Positions 1 through 12,102 of a stretch of DNA of 64,000 nt are shown here, piece after piece. A model generated the notes under the pieces. That model saw only the letters and a list, made by a program, of their open reading frames with translations, searched no databases and was not told the DNA's origin. The position numbers were made by a program, and so were the translations under genes. The stretch spans positions 78,244,001 through 78,308,000 of the forward strand of contig JANJGN010000009.1 in the NCBI GenBank assembly GCA_026770705.1, read 5' to 3'. Within the stretch, counting starts at the first letter, position 1; the number at the start of each line of letters is the position of its first letter. Source of the stretch: Isurus oxyrinchus (taxonomy: Eukaryota).

Positions 1-1515
1 GTGAATCAGAAAGAATCAGTGATAGGTAAAGAAGTGGGAAGGTGTTCACAGTTTACCCAAGGGATTGCTGAAGGGCAGGTCCCAGAAATGTTTAACAATT
101 TTGTGTGTGAAAGGAAAGTCTTTCCACATGCACAGAGTGGACCAGGTAAAGATATTAAAATTTTAAGAGACACAGGTGCTAGTCAATCCTTAATGTTATG
201 AGACATGTGATATTTGTTGTCCAGAGGAAGTATTGCAGGAAAAGATGGTAATAAGTGGGATTCATAGAGATGCTAAACCTATTCCAATGTGGAACATACA
301 TTTAAAAAGTAAGCAGAAAATAGGCATTGTGATTGTAGGAGTAATGGAAAAATTGTCCATTGCAGGGGTTCAATTTATTTTAGATAATGATACAGCTGGG
401 TCACAGATGTTGTTGATGCCTACTGTAGTCCAGCAGACTGTGCATTCAACAGAGGTGCTGCAGGGAGAAAGTCCTGGATTATTTCCAGATTGTGTAGTAA
501 TGAGATCACAAACTCAAGTTGAAACAGGAAGAGGAGGAGTTTAAAAGGCAGGGATAAGATGCTGATATTCAATTATCTGGACTTATTTTTGAAAAGATTG
601 TGCAGGAAGAAAAGGTTGAAGAGAATGAAGTGGAAGTGTTTAGTTCAGTTAAATTGGTAGGGTTACAGCAGAAGGATCCACAATTAAAGCAATTATATCA
701 GATAGGTTATTCAGAAACAGAGGCAGAATGTAGTCCAGAATGTTATTACCTTAAAGGGAATGTGTTAATGAGGAAGTGGAGACGGTATCATGTTTCAGCA
801 GATGAGAAACGGATGGTAGTGCATCAAATAGTTATATCATCTGGATACAGAAATGAGATATTAAGAGTAGCTCATGACATTCCAATAGCTGGACATTTAG
901 GAATTAGAAAGACTCAGGCAAAAACGCAAAAATGTTTATATTGGCCTGGATTGCATAAAGATGTAGTCACATTCTCTAGATCATGTCATACATGTCAGGT
1001 GACAGGAAAATCTCAAGCAGTGGTTAAACTGGCATCTTTAATTCCGATTCAAGCATTTGAGGAACCTTTTACCAGGGTCCTGTGATTGTGTAGGGCCCCT
1101 CCCTAAGACTAAAAGTGGAAATCTGTACTTGCTGACAATAATGGATGTGTCTACAAGGTTTCCGGAAGTGATACTTTTGCAAAATGTTACAGCAGAAAGA
1201 ATTGTGGAAGAGTTGACTAAATTTTTTTATAAGATATGTGTTACTGAAAGAAATACAGTCAGATCAGTGTTCAAAGTTCATTTCACAGCTGTTTAAGGAA
1301 GTAATGAACAGCCTGGGGATAAAACAGTTTAAGTCATTAGCTTATCATCCAGAAACACAAGGTGCTTTAGAGAGATGGCATCAAGCCTTGAAAACTATGA
1401 TGAGGGCCTATAGTCAAGACTGTTCAGATGGAGTTTATTACTGCAACCATTTAATTTACAGATCACACAAGTGGCTGGATGAGAACATCAATTTGCAGAT
1501 GCATTGTCGAGAGTT
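1..1515 (+). pseudogene. Gypsy LTR retrotransposon pol relic, Gmr1-like order (protease-integrase-[RT deleted]-RNase H tail)
   Basis: Protease ILRDTGASQSL (~160-198); integrase HHCC zinc finger AHDIPIAGHLG...SCHTCQ; core DCVGPLP, IQSDQ, YHPETQGALERWH. From 1417 the frame reads RLFRWSLLLQPFNLQITQVAG*EHQFADALSRV (RNase H C-terminus). Several frameshifts and stops. Confidence 0.9.
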
Positions 1516-1733
1516 AAAAACACGAAGGAAATTAGACATTGAAAACCTGGACACTGTATTGAAATGTCCTCTGTTGATACAAAGATTTGTGTTTATATTT
1601 TTTTGTTAGTGCATGCAGCGGCTAATGTAATAGTTTGCGTATAGAGATAAGTATAATAAGTAATGTAAAATAGATCGAGAAAATGAAGCTGTCTTTTAAA
1701 ATTATGACGCTCATTTTTCCATAAGGATGGAGG

Positions 1734-3394
1734 TGTTACAAAACTATTGTATTTTTCAAAATAGTGTTGTGGGACATTGTAAGGTAGGTTTATAGTTGCG
1801 AGCGTGGATGGTTCTGTATGTGTGACTGATTTAATTGAATTAGAGTCAGATGGACTGCCAAGGTTGGAATTATCAGAAGAGTCAGGTGTAAAAAAGGTAT
1901 TTGAAATGCTAATGAGTGAGCTAGATTCTAAGTGTCAGTAGATAAGGTGTGAATGAAATTTGCATTTTAAGGGCAGAATTTTACGTTCCACAGGTGGGCG
2001 CATGCCTGACTTGAATGGGTGATAAAATCGCGCGAGATGATGTCGGGTGAGTGTCCCAACGGCATTTTGCACTCGCACAATATTTTGCTCGGCAGACATG
2101 TATGGCAATCGGAAGAGTGCCCTCTGACAATTAAACGGGCAATTAAGCCCATTAATGGAACAATTTTAAGCGATTTTTCATGGCCTGTCCAACCTTATGG
2201 TTGATGGAAGGGCCAAATGTACAGGTGGCCTTTACATTTTTAATGAAACCTCATCCAAGAGCAGGATGAAATCCCTGTTGTGTCCATAAAATAAAAAGAA
2301 ACATCTGGGGACAGCATTTTTATGAGGTATGCTTTCAGGTACTTGATTGTGCTGCATGGACATTTTTTGCAGCATTTTTGAGCTTTCTTTTATTATTTGG
2401 AGGCCTGCAGCTCCCTGAGGCATCTGTCTGCTTTTAGGGAGCTCAGTGGAAGCGCTCACCCATGCTCGCAATGACGTCGGCACCCACCATCTTCCCACCC
2501 CCACCCTGGCAGTGCTGAGCTTTTCAGTGTGTGTTTCATTAATTGGCCAACCAGCGTGAAAGCGCGGTCGGGGGCTGATCGTGGTCAAGGCCCTATTTGT
2601 TGACTGCCCCCGGGCCCGCTAATTGCACGTGCCCGACCAGCACAAAATTCAGGCCTTATATAAGTGGGGAGTTGATTGATTTTCAAAGGGATGGTAGGAT
2701 GTTTACAACTAACAAGATAAATAGGGCAAGGTTATTATGTTTATTTTTCCCAAAAGGAAAGAGGTCATACTGAAAACATAAAAGGTTTTTATATGGGAGA
2801 AGTAAATTTCTGAAGATATGTATAACAATGGGATTTTACACATTAAAAAGAGAGAGGGACATATATAAAGAAAGATGGGTTATGGAGGGTGGGGTGGGGG
2901 TGGAGGTGGGTGTGTGGTAGTGGCTGTATAACATCTTCAAAGGTACACCATGTAAAGCAGCCTTGGGGAAAAGCCTCTAGCCAATTTTTCATAACTCTGC
3001 TGTGTCCAGTAACTAAAGTTGTGTTAAAAGCCTTTGGAATTCCATTGTCAAGTGGGTGCTGTGGTAATCTTGCTGGATTGCTAATTTCAATTTAAAATCT
3101 ATTTTGGACTGTTGCCTTAAAGGTGTGTATAGTTGGGAGTCAGGTTAATTAGGAATCCTGGGATTTGTTATAACATCAAGTAACTGTAATCTTATGTCTA
3201 TGTTTGAATTTTTTTTTGTTACTGAATGTCTTGATTTAATTTTTGAAATCTCTAAAGTTGTTAGTGGACTCATTACTTCTGAATTCAGTGCACAAATCTT
3301 CTCATAATAAATACAAATTGAAAAACCATTGTGATAGGGTGGCCAAGTTTCCCCTGTGAATTTGGTGGCACATATCACCTGCCACATCATAACA
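1734..3394 (+). mobile_element. 3' LTR of the Gmr1-like element (interrupted by a MITE)
   Basis: Polypurine tract AAGGATGGAGG at 1723-1733 is directly followed by TGTTACA; ends ...CATAACA at 3394. Confidence 0.75.
1971..2655 (+). mobile_element. Harbinger-derived MITE
   Basis: TIRs GGGCAGAATTTT / AAAATTCAGGCC; flanks TAA/TTA; first ~300 bp resemble the left end of the Harbinger at 3665. Confidence 0.85.
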
Positions 3395-3449
3395 CTCCAT
3401 TTGATTTCCTACCTGCTTGCTCATTTTTGTGATTCATATGGTGAGGGAC

Positions 3450-3664
3450 AATGTAAATTAGGCCTATACTCTCTGGAGTTTATAAGAACGAGTGGTGATC
3501 TCATTAAAACATATTGAATCCTAAAGGGACTTGAGAGTTGACTGAGAGATTGTTTCCCATGGCTGGGAAATCTGGAACACGAGGGCAAGTTTTGCGACAA
3601 GGGGACAATCATTTAGGGCTCAAATGAGGAGAAATTTCTTCACTCAAAGAGTTGTCAACCTTTG
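3450..3664 (+). mobile_element. CR1-type LINE 3' fragment (left part, split by the Harbinger)
   Basis: Typical CR1 ORF2 end (GLYSLEF.R..GDLIKTY; atgaggagaaatttcttcactca); continues at 8292. Confidence 0.8.
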
Positions 3665-4160
3665 GGCCTGAATTTTTATGTCAGTTTACAGGGGCTAGCC
3701 CAACACTCCAATGCGTAAAATGATGCGCGGTGATGTTGGGCATGCATCCTGATGTCACTGCGTGCCATCACGATATTTCGGTGGTCGAGCCCGCTATGAT
3801 CTCTGATGCACACCCGCCATTAATTAGTAGGCCACATAAGGCCCTTGAGGCATTAATAGACGGCGATTTTTCGGAGCCCGGGCGATCTTCAAAGCATTGC
3901 ACGGGCACAATGGGCAGGCAGGTAGGCTACGTTTTTAAAAACCTCATCCTTGGGCTGGATAATAGGGGTGAGTGGGCTTGCGAGTGGTCTTTGGTAGGCA
4001 CTTAAAGAAAGTAGGAGTGAGTTTAAACATTGTGAGCAGGACAACTTCAAGTCTCTTCAGAGCTGCTTACACAGGAATAACAGGCTTCAGGTCAGGACTC
4101 TGGAGTAACCATCATTCTTGGGGCCTTGTTTGTTTCAGGCAGCCTTTCCTTACCCTGGGA

Positions 4161-5510
4161 ATGGGAGTTGTGCTCTCCACTGGAGGCATCTCCTTTGAGG
4201 AGGAAGAGAGGGCCAGAAGGGAGAGGAGGCCAGAAGTCAATATGCAGCCTCCAGAGGAACCACCTTTGGGAGGACAGGCACAAGGGGTGCAGGGCCAACA
4301 GGAAGTGCAAGTTGGAAAGGGCCACAGAAAATGCCACTATCCTGCTGCCAGGGTTTACAGGCAGCGAAGCAGCTACCTCAATATGTCTGAGGTGCAGTGT
4401 GGAAGGAGGTTCCATCTCTCAAGGCAGGCAGTGACCTCCATCTGTCATATGATAGGCCCTGAGATCAGTGCCAATTGTGTAACTCTTTCGAGTACAAACC
4501 CGTTTCCATCTGTTTCAGATGAAGTTACATTGTTTCATAGTTTGCCATTGTGAGATTTGAACTCTTGATCTTGGGGTTACAAACCCAGTACCATAACCAC
4601 TTGGCTATTTAGGCCAAGCTAAAGGTGGACACTCCATGCCAGTGGCACTGAATGTCATGGGTGCCCTCAACTTCTATGCCTCTGGCTCGTTCCGGGGTTG
4701 GTGGGTGATCATAGCGGAGTCTCCCAGTCAGTCCTCCACACTTGTGTCAAGCAGTTGACAGGCATGCATTGACCTTCATCCACTACTGCTGGGTTGAGGC
4801 CAGCCAGACAGAGTGAGCCAAAGGCTTCACAGCGATTGCTGGCTTCCCCCACATCCAGGGTGCAACAGACTGCACACATGTGGCCATCAAGGCACCAGCA
4901 GGTAAGCCCAGTGCCTTCGTCAGCAGGAAGGGATTCCACTCATTGAACGAGCAGATCACATGTGACCGTAGGATGCTGATTCAGCAAGTCTGTGAACGGT
5001 ACCCAGGCAGCTCCCATGACACTCACATCCTGAGACACTCCCAGGTGCCGAGGCTCTTTAGTGCTCCAACCTGGCTGGATGGATGGCTGTTGGGTGACAA
5101 GGGCTATCCCCACAAAATGACGTCCCTCCGCCACCCAAGAACAGAGGCTGAGCAGTGCTATAATAGGAGACATGCCTCCACAAGGGCCATGGTAGAGAGA
5201 ACGCATCGGTCTTCTCGAGTAGCACTTCCGATGCCTGGGCCGTTCAGGGTGCACACTGCAATATACCCCAGATCGTGTGACACTGATAGTGGTTGCATGC
5301 TGTGCTCTCCACAATCTGGCACTGGAAAGAGGGTATGCAGTGGAGGAAGAAGCTATTGATGCAGATGCTCTGGCTGCACATTATGAGTCCAGTAGTGAGC
5401 CTAAGGATGAGCACATTCAGGAGAGCCCTGAGGGGGTAGACTCTGACCTGGGAAACCTCCAGGGAGGCAGGGACAACCGGGAGGCTTTAATCCAACTAAC
5501 CTTCAGTTAG
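4161..5510 (+). pseudogene. Harbinger (HARBI1-like) DDE transposase, frameshifted and interrupted
   Basis: Motifs RVYRQRSSYL, ALNFYASGSF, GFPHIQGATDCTHVAI, RKGFHSLN, YPGSSHD, WLLGDKGYP, TRAMVER, CCALHNLA; insert at 4481-4623. Confidence 0.92.
4543..4615 (-). pseudogene. tRNA-Thr(TGT)-derived sequence within a 143-bp insert (4481-4623)
   Basis: Minus strand GGCCTAAATAGCCAAGTGGTTATGGTACTGGGTTTGTAACCCCAAGATCAAGAGTTCAAATCTCACAATGGCA: A box, TT-TGT-AA anticodon loop, B box GAGTTCAAATC; stems pair imperfectly. Confidence 0.75.
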
Positions 5511-5849
5511 CCCACTACAGATGGATCTCCAGCACATGCCAGGGATGCAGGCTCCATACTCGATACTTGAAAGCAACATTTACCTGGTCAGGAACATTAA
5601 CTATGTACCTTGTCAATAAAGTTCAATGATAAACAAGTCACTCATAACATCATGAGTTCCCATACACCTGCAGAAGTAAGGAAACACCCTGAGCCTTGTT
5701 CACAACTAAAGCATTTAATTAATTCACAAAACAAAACAGAAAAGAAACTTCATTCACAGGTGCTGAGCTACACACTGAATTATAATCAACTAATACCGGG
5801 GCAACAGAAAACCACCAGTGAGAAGCCTGTGGTGTGCCTAAGATGCCTT

Positions 5850-7975
5850 AAGCTTACGTTTTCAGGTGCTACGTCTTGGTGCTCCCCTCTTGCTGGCACT
5901 GGCATTTGAGACAGCATGCTCAGTCTGCTGTCCTGTTTGCCTTGATGACTGTGGTGTCCTCTGGCCCATGGAGCCTGTGATAGTCCCACCTGGAGGGAGC
6001 AGCCAGTGGCACAGCTGGAAACTTCCCAGTTGCTGCAGCCTCATCGGATCCCACAGTCACTGGCAGAGGGCAGAGGAGCTGCTGCCCTCATCTGGAGTGC
6101 CCTGAGAGGAGCCCATAGAGATGACAGGCAGCTCGTGCGCCAACATGAAGTCGCTTTGGACCTCCCTGCTCATCATTGAAGGATGGGCACCTTGCGGGGA
6201 TGCTTAATGCCTAATCCATCCCTTACACTGACACTGACCAGCTGAGGTCAATACCACAGTGAGGGCTTGCAGGTCCGAACGCATCCCCATGAAGCCCCAA
6301 TTGTTCTCCTGGAGCAGCCTCTCCATGAGAGTCTCCACTCTCTCCATGGAGAAGGCATTGTGCTCGGCCACGAGCGTCAATTCATTGCTCATGCTCTGCA
6401 TGGACACCTCCATCACGGAGACCATGGCACACATTCCCATATGTATCTTTGCCAGATCCTCCTGCATACCCTGCTGGACCTCCAGGGTTTGCTGCCTCAG
6501 GGATGACTCCAGAGGCACATCGTCAGCCATCAACTGAGCATGTGTCTGGTCCCCTGCAGTCCTCTGACTGCCAGCGCCCTGGGCACTCTGTTTTTGCCTG
6601 CACCTCAAGTGAGTGTGAAGTGCCCTCACCACTGTACCCTGGGACACTAGCCAATGATCTAATCCCCACCAAGGTGCTAGTATCTGCACTGGTGCCTACC
6701 TGGCTGTGATGGTGTGATGTTGGTGCTTGTAATTTGTCAGGGCCCTCAGGTGTTTGTGGCAGACCCTCTGCCTCCTAATTTTAGCCCTGCTCCAGTGAGG
6801 CTGAAAGGAAGAACAAGGAAGAACAATTTGATTAATTGAAGTTGAGACACTGTTAATGTGCATGCCTGGCCCCCGGATCAGGGTGTACTCCTCCTTCCGT
6901 AATCATTGGGAAGCCCATGTTGGAAGCTGAATTCACTAAACTGTGGAATGGTCGCAAGGACAGACATTGTGACCTCAGTGCAGGACACTCTTACCTTCCC
7001 CTGGCACTCCAACCTCACTGTACCAGTTGACCTGGGTGCATGGCGCCTCTTCAACTTGAGAGCCTCCTGCTCGTATCTGGTGAGAATCACCAACTGTGCC
7101 TGGCCTCTGCCAGTCCGCATCCACTCAGAGTTATTGTGTGTGGTCTTCTCCTGAAAAGGAGAGAGGAGCATTGATTAGTCCACCCTGTACCTGGATTGCC
7201 ATTGCATCCCTGCCACCCCCACCAGAGTGAAACATTGCAGGGCTCATGTGAATCGTGACCCTTGAGCAACCGTACGCTCACACCAAGCAGACAGGGCTGA
7301 CACCCTTGCCCAGCTGCTGCCTCCGTCACATTTGCCACTCACACTATATGACTTCCAAAGCAAGGAAGAACTACTACGTAGAACGCCAAGAGCAGCAGAT
7401 AGATGGGTGCCCCGCCACCTGTAAGTTCCCCTCCCGGTCAGTCAGCAGCCTGACTTTGACACGTTTCGGAGTTCCAGCACTGTGCCTAGGTACAGATCCT
7501 TGAGGTCACCCCCAAAGCAATACTGTGGGTGCAAGTGTACCACATGCAGCGGATACAGAACCCAGCTCAGGACCACCATCTCAGGGTGTACTAGGCATGG
7601 GCAATAAATGCTGACCTACCCAGCGAAGGCCACATGCTGTGAATGATTCAATGCAGGAACTACATTCAGAGTTGGGGAGAAGGGGGTAGTTGGGTGAGGG
7701 GGGGGGCCAACCTAACTGCTGTGATAAGTGACCCATGCCAACACAGTACCCGCCCATTCCGCTCGCAACAGGTCATTGAAGCACTTGCGGCACTGAACCC
7801 AGGTGCGTTGCACCACGTTCCAGCCACCTCCTCCCAGGCACATTTCTTCATGTGGGAGGGCGTCCTCCCCCCACACCCCCCCCATCCCTCAGCACGAGGA
7901 TTTCATGCCGTACTGCCACCTCCGAGGAGTGCAGCAAGGCACTCATCTGAGAATTGATGGGCACAGTGCCCTGCC
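5850..7975 (-). pseudogene. Harbinger accessory Myb/SANT-like DNA-binding protein gene, 3 exons, decayed
   Basis: Exon 1: AHQFSDECLAALL...AWEEVA...TWVQCRKCFNDLLR. Exon 2: 7150-6995 (tttcag|GAGAAG...GGGAAG|gtaaga; EKTTHN...RTGRGQAQL). Exon 3 from 6800 after ctttcag, coiled-coil-like. Outer ends approximate. Confidence 0.82.
7518..7650 (+). mobile_element. Short 3' end of LINE family B inserted in the Myb gene intron
   Basis: Tail gggcaataaatgctgacctacccagcgaaggccacatg resembles the tails at ~28640-28685 and ~47615-47660. Confidence 0.65.
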
Positions 7976-8291
7976 GACCTGCCCTCCTGCCTGGTCTGCT
8001 CACCAGCAGTGCTCTCAGGAGCCCTTCTGCTGGCCATCGTTGACAGCCTTTGGAAGGCTGCCTGCGCGCTCTTTAAACAGGCCACCAGGACGCCATCGGA
8101 CCGGCAGTTATTGCAGTCTCGCCGCCGTCCAACCCTCCCACTGTCCTCAGGAGCCACAAATCACACCAGGTGGACCTTAATTGGACCGCCCACATAAAAT
8201 GGCGGAGCAAAGACAATCACGGGCTGCGATTGGTTCCGCAGCCGCCCGGCCCCTCCCGACCAGCCCGCCCAATAGGCAGGAAATTCTGCCC

Positions 8292-8502
8292 TTGGCGTTC
8301 TCTACCTTCTCAGTTGTGGATGCTCCATCGTTGAGTATATTTAAGGCTGAGATGGATAGATGTTTGATTTCTCAGGGAATCAAGGGGTATAGGGAACGTG
8401 CGGGAAAATGGAGTTGAGGTGGAATATCAGCCATGATCGTATTGAATGACAGAACAGGCTCAAGGGGCTGTATGATCTACTCCAGTTCCAATTTCTTATG
8501 TT
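8292..8502 (+). mobile_element. CR1-type LINE 3' end (right part)
   Basis: gtggatgctccatcgttgagtatatttaaggctgagat...atcagccatgatcgtattgaat...tttcttatg CR1 3' UTR. Confidence 0.8.
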
Positions 8503-9020
8503 GTAATAATGTGGGTGGCAGCAGAACCGCCAGTCTTAGATATCCTTCCCCTACTTTGAAAGTGTTATCTATAACTTTGTGATCTCAGGGGATGTAGGTG
8601 CTGTCAAAATAAACTTGATAAGTTGCCATAGTGTATCCTGTAGATCATGCATACCACAGCAACATTGCCTATAATTATTAATAACTTTTGGACTATACTT
8701 TCTGAAGTTGAACAAAAAAGCCAAGGAAATAACTGCTCCTATTATCAATTTGTTTTTTGTAATGTCTTTATCAACCATTATTGCCCAAACAATTTATAAA
8801 AGTATCATGTGTCTGTGAGAAATTTAAGGTGGACCTCAATTATTCCCAATAAGTACCGCTAATGCCAAGCTTACTGAAGTTTATTTACAGCACAGTAAAA
8901 AATCCAGCTACAAATTGATTTCTGATCAAACTCCAAAATAAATTGGTTGGTTTATTGTACTCTCAATCTCATAGGGCAAAAGGGCTGTTATGATCTCCTT
9001 ACCCAGTACTGTGTCTTTAT

Positions 9021-11408
9021 CACAGAATCACAGAATCACACAGTGCAGTAGAGGCCCTTTGGCCCATCAAGTCTACACTGACACGTGAGAAACACCTGAC
9101 CTACCTATCTAAACCCCTTTACCAGCACTTGGCCCATAGCCTTGAATGTTATACGCACCAAGTACTCATCCAGGTACTTTTTAAAGGATATGAGGCAACC
9201 CGCCTCCACCACCCTCTCAGGCAGCGCATTCCAGACCGTCACCACACTCTGGGTAAAAAAGTTTTTCCTCACATCCCCCCTAAACCTCCTGCCCCTCACC
9301 TTGAACTTCTGTCCCCTTGTGACTGACCTTCAACTAAGGGGAACAGCTGCTCCCTATCTACCCTGTCCATGCCCCTCATAACCTTGTACTCCTCGGTCAG
9401 GTCGCCCCTTAGCCTTCACTGCTCCATCAAAAACAACCCAAGTCTATCCAATCTCTCTTCATAATTTAAATGTTTCATCCCAGGCAACATCCTGGTGAAT
9501 CTCCTCTGCACCCCTCCAGTGCAATCAGATCCTTCCTATAATGTGGCGATCAGAACTGCACACAGTACTTCAACTGTGGCCTCACTAAGGTTCTATACAA
9601 CTCCAACATGACCTCCCTACTTTTGTGATCTATGCCTCGATTGATAAAGGCAAGTGTCCCATATGCCTTTTTCACCACCCCACTCACATGCCACTCTGCC
9701 TTCAGAGATCTATGGACACAAGGTACCTTTGTTCCTCAGAACGTCCTGGTATCATGCCATTCAATGAATTCTTCCTTGTCAAATTACTCCTTCCAAAGTG
9801 TATCACCTCACACTTTTCATGGTTAAATTCCATCTGCCACTTATCTGCCCATTTGACCATCCCACCTAAATCTTCCTTTAGCCCAAGACACTCAATCTCA
9901 CTGTTAACCACCCGGCCAATCTTTGTGTCATCCACAAACTTACTAACCATGACCCCCACAGTCATCTATGTCATTTATATAAATGACAAATAATAGGGAA
10001 CTGAGTACAGATACACTGGACACTAGCTTCCAGTCACTAAAGCATTCTTCTGTCATCACCCTCTGTCACCTACAACTAAGCCAATTTTGAATCTACCTTA
10101 TCAAATTACCTTGTATCCCATGTGCATTTGCCTTCTTTATAAGTCTACCATGTGGGACCTTGTCAAAGTCTTTGCTGAAATCCATATAAACTATATCAAC
10201 TGCATTATCCTCATCTATACACCTGGTCACCTCCTCAAAAAATTCAATCAAATTTTTTAGGCATGACCTCCCTCTGAAAAAGCCATGCTGACTATCCCTG
10301 ATCAAACCTTGCCTCTCCAAGTGGAGATAGATTTTCTCCTTCTGAATTTTCTCCAATAGTTTCCCTACCACTGACGTGAGACTCACTGTCCTGTAGTTCC
10401 CTGGCTTATCTCTACAACCCTTCTTAAATAGCGGAACCACATTAGCTGTTCTTCAGTCCTCTGGCACCTCCCCCGTGGCCAGAGAAGAAATAAAAACTTG
10501 GGTCAGAGCCTCTGCGATCTCCTCCCTTTCCTCCCTCAGCAGTCTGAGACACAAATCATCCGGACGTGAAGATTTGTCCACCTTTAAGCCTGCCAACACC
10601 GCCAATACCTTGTCACTCCCTATATCAATTTGCTCAAGAACTTCACACTCTCTCTCCGAGTTCGATACCTTCATCCTCATTCTCTTGGGTGAAGACAGAT
10701 GTGAAGTATTCATTCAACACTCTACTGATGTCCTCTGGCTCCACCCATAGATTGCCTCCTTGGTCCCTAATTGGCCCTACTCTTTCCCTGGTTATCCTCT
10801 TCCCATTGATATACATATAGAATATCTTGGGATTTTCCCTACTTTTGCCAGCCAGAGCTTTCTCATATCCCCTCTTTGCTCTCCTAATTGCTTTCTTAAG
10901 CTCCACCCTGAACTTTCTGTACTCCACTAATGCCTCCGCTGATTTGCTTCCCTTGTACCTGCTAAAAGCCTCTCTTTTCCTTCTCATGGCATCCTGAATA
11001 TCTCTGGTCTTCCATGGTTCCCTGCGCTTGTTACTCCTTCCTATCACTGTAGGGGGAACATGTTGAGCCTGTACCCTCCCCATTTCCTTTTTGAACACAC
11101 CCCCACAGCTCCTCTGTAGATTTCCCCAAAAGTAGCTGTTCCCAGTCTACTTTGGCCAGATTCTGCCTTATTTTACTAAAATCCACTCTCCCCAAGTCCA
11201 AAACATTTCTTTGCAACTTGTCTATTTCTTTGTCCATAACAAGCTTAAAGTGTACCATGTTGTGGTCGTTCTCACTAAAATGCTCCCCCACCACCACCAC
11301 CTCAGCTACCTGTCTGGCTTCATTCCCCAGAATTAGGTCCAGCACTGCGCAGTCCCTTGTTGGACCCTCTAATATATTGACCTAAAAAGTTCTCCTGTAC
11401 ACATTTCA
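9021..11408 (-). mobile_element. CR1/HER1-like LINE, 5'-truncated ORF2 (endonuclease end plus RT)
   Basis: LDLILGNE...ENDHN; PLFKKGCRDKPGNYRTVSLTSVVGKLLE; QHGFFRGRSC; YMDFSKDFDKVPH; SKFVDDTK; (ATTCTGTG)n-type tail at 9021-9041. Confidence 0.92.
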
Positions 11409-12102
11409 ATGGTACAGGGATACAGTGGTTCTCCTCCAGGCCCCACAAAAATAACCTGGGTAACTAGTGCCTAGGGTCCCTTCTATCTCGGCCACCAGTG
11501 ATTGAAACCTCCTGCATCTTGCACTTCGCTAATTATTATCTATGATGGCCCATTACTGGCAAGCTGTATTTTGACACCCATCTGTCATCCCATTGCAGTT
11601 CATGCCAAGGTCTCAAATTGCAGCATCTTCTTTGCCTCTGGTACCAGCTCGCTCATTTCACTGTGCAGTCACACAGTAAAGTTAACATTGACCGCAATGA
11701 GAACCTGGTCTCCTGCAGAATAAGTAAGTTGATTTGCTGCAATCAGTTTCCTAAATTGACATGAGCACCAGGCAACAATAAATATGCTTTCATTATTAAT
11801 TACACATATTCAGGGGTTCCTTAGGGTAGAACGGCACGCTCTTCTGCATTACTGACTTGTTTCATCTCATCAAGGGTGATGCTGTGCTATTTGCTAACAA
11901 TAACAGATTACACAAAGTAGTTAACTCCCCAGCTCAACATTATGGCCATTAATGATGTTAACAATGAGGGCTTTATAGCATTAAAATACATTATCTTGAT
12001 TACATAACGTGATTTTTTATGTTATCCATCATGACTAAATAAGGAAATAAATAGTTTGTTGTCTTTAGCTCTCCACAAAAACCAGGCATTACCATATGAA
12101 AC

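Larger units (their letters stand above)
3665..8291 (+). mobile_element. Full-length PIF/Harbinger DNA transposon (decayed two-gene type)
   Basis: TIRs GGCCTGAATTT / AAATTCTGCCC; 3-bp TSD TTG (3662-3664, 8292-8294); removing it rejoins the flanking CR1; convergent transposase and Myb/SANT genes. Confidence 0.93.

Noticed and set aside
4543-4615. Functional tRNA-Thr gene
   Set aside because: Acceptor and anticodon stems pair poorly, and it lies in an insert within a transposase.
4161-5510. Domesticated HARBI1 host gene
   Set aside because: Frameshifts, an internal insert, and flanking TIRs with a TSD show it is a transposon copy.
11599-11723. Possible plus-strand exon (cattgcag|...|gtaagt)
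   Set aside because: One frame is open but the peptide is unrecognisable, and no partner exons are evident.
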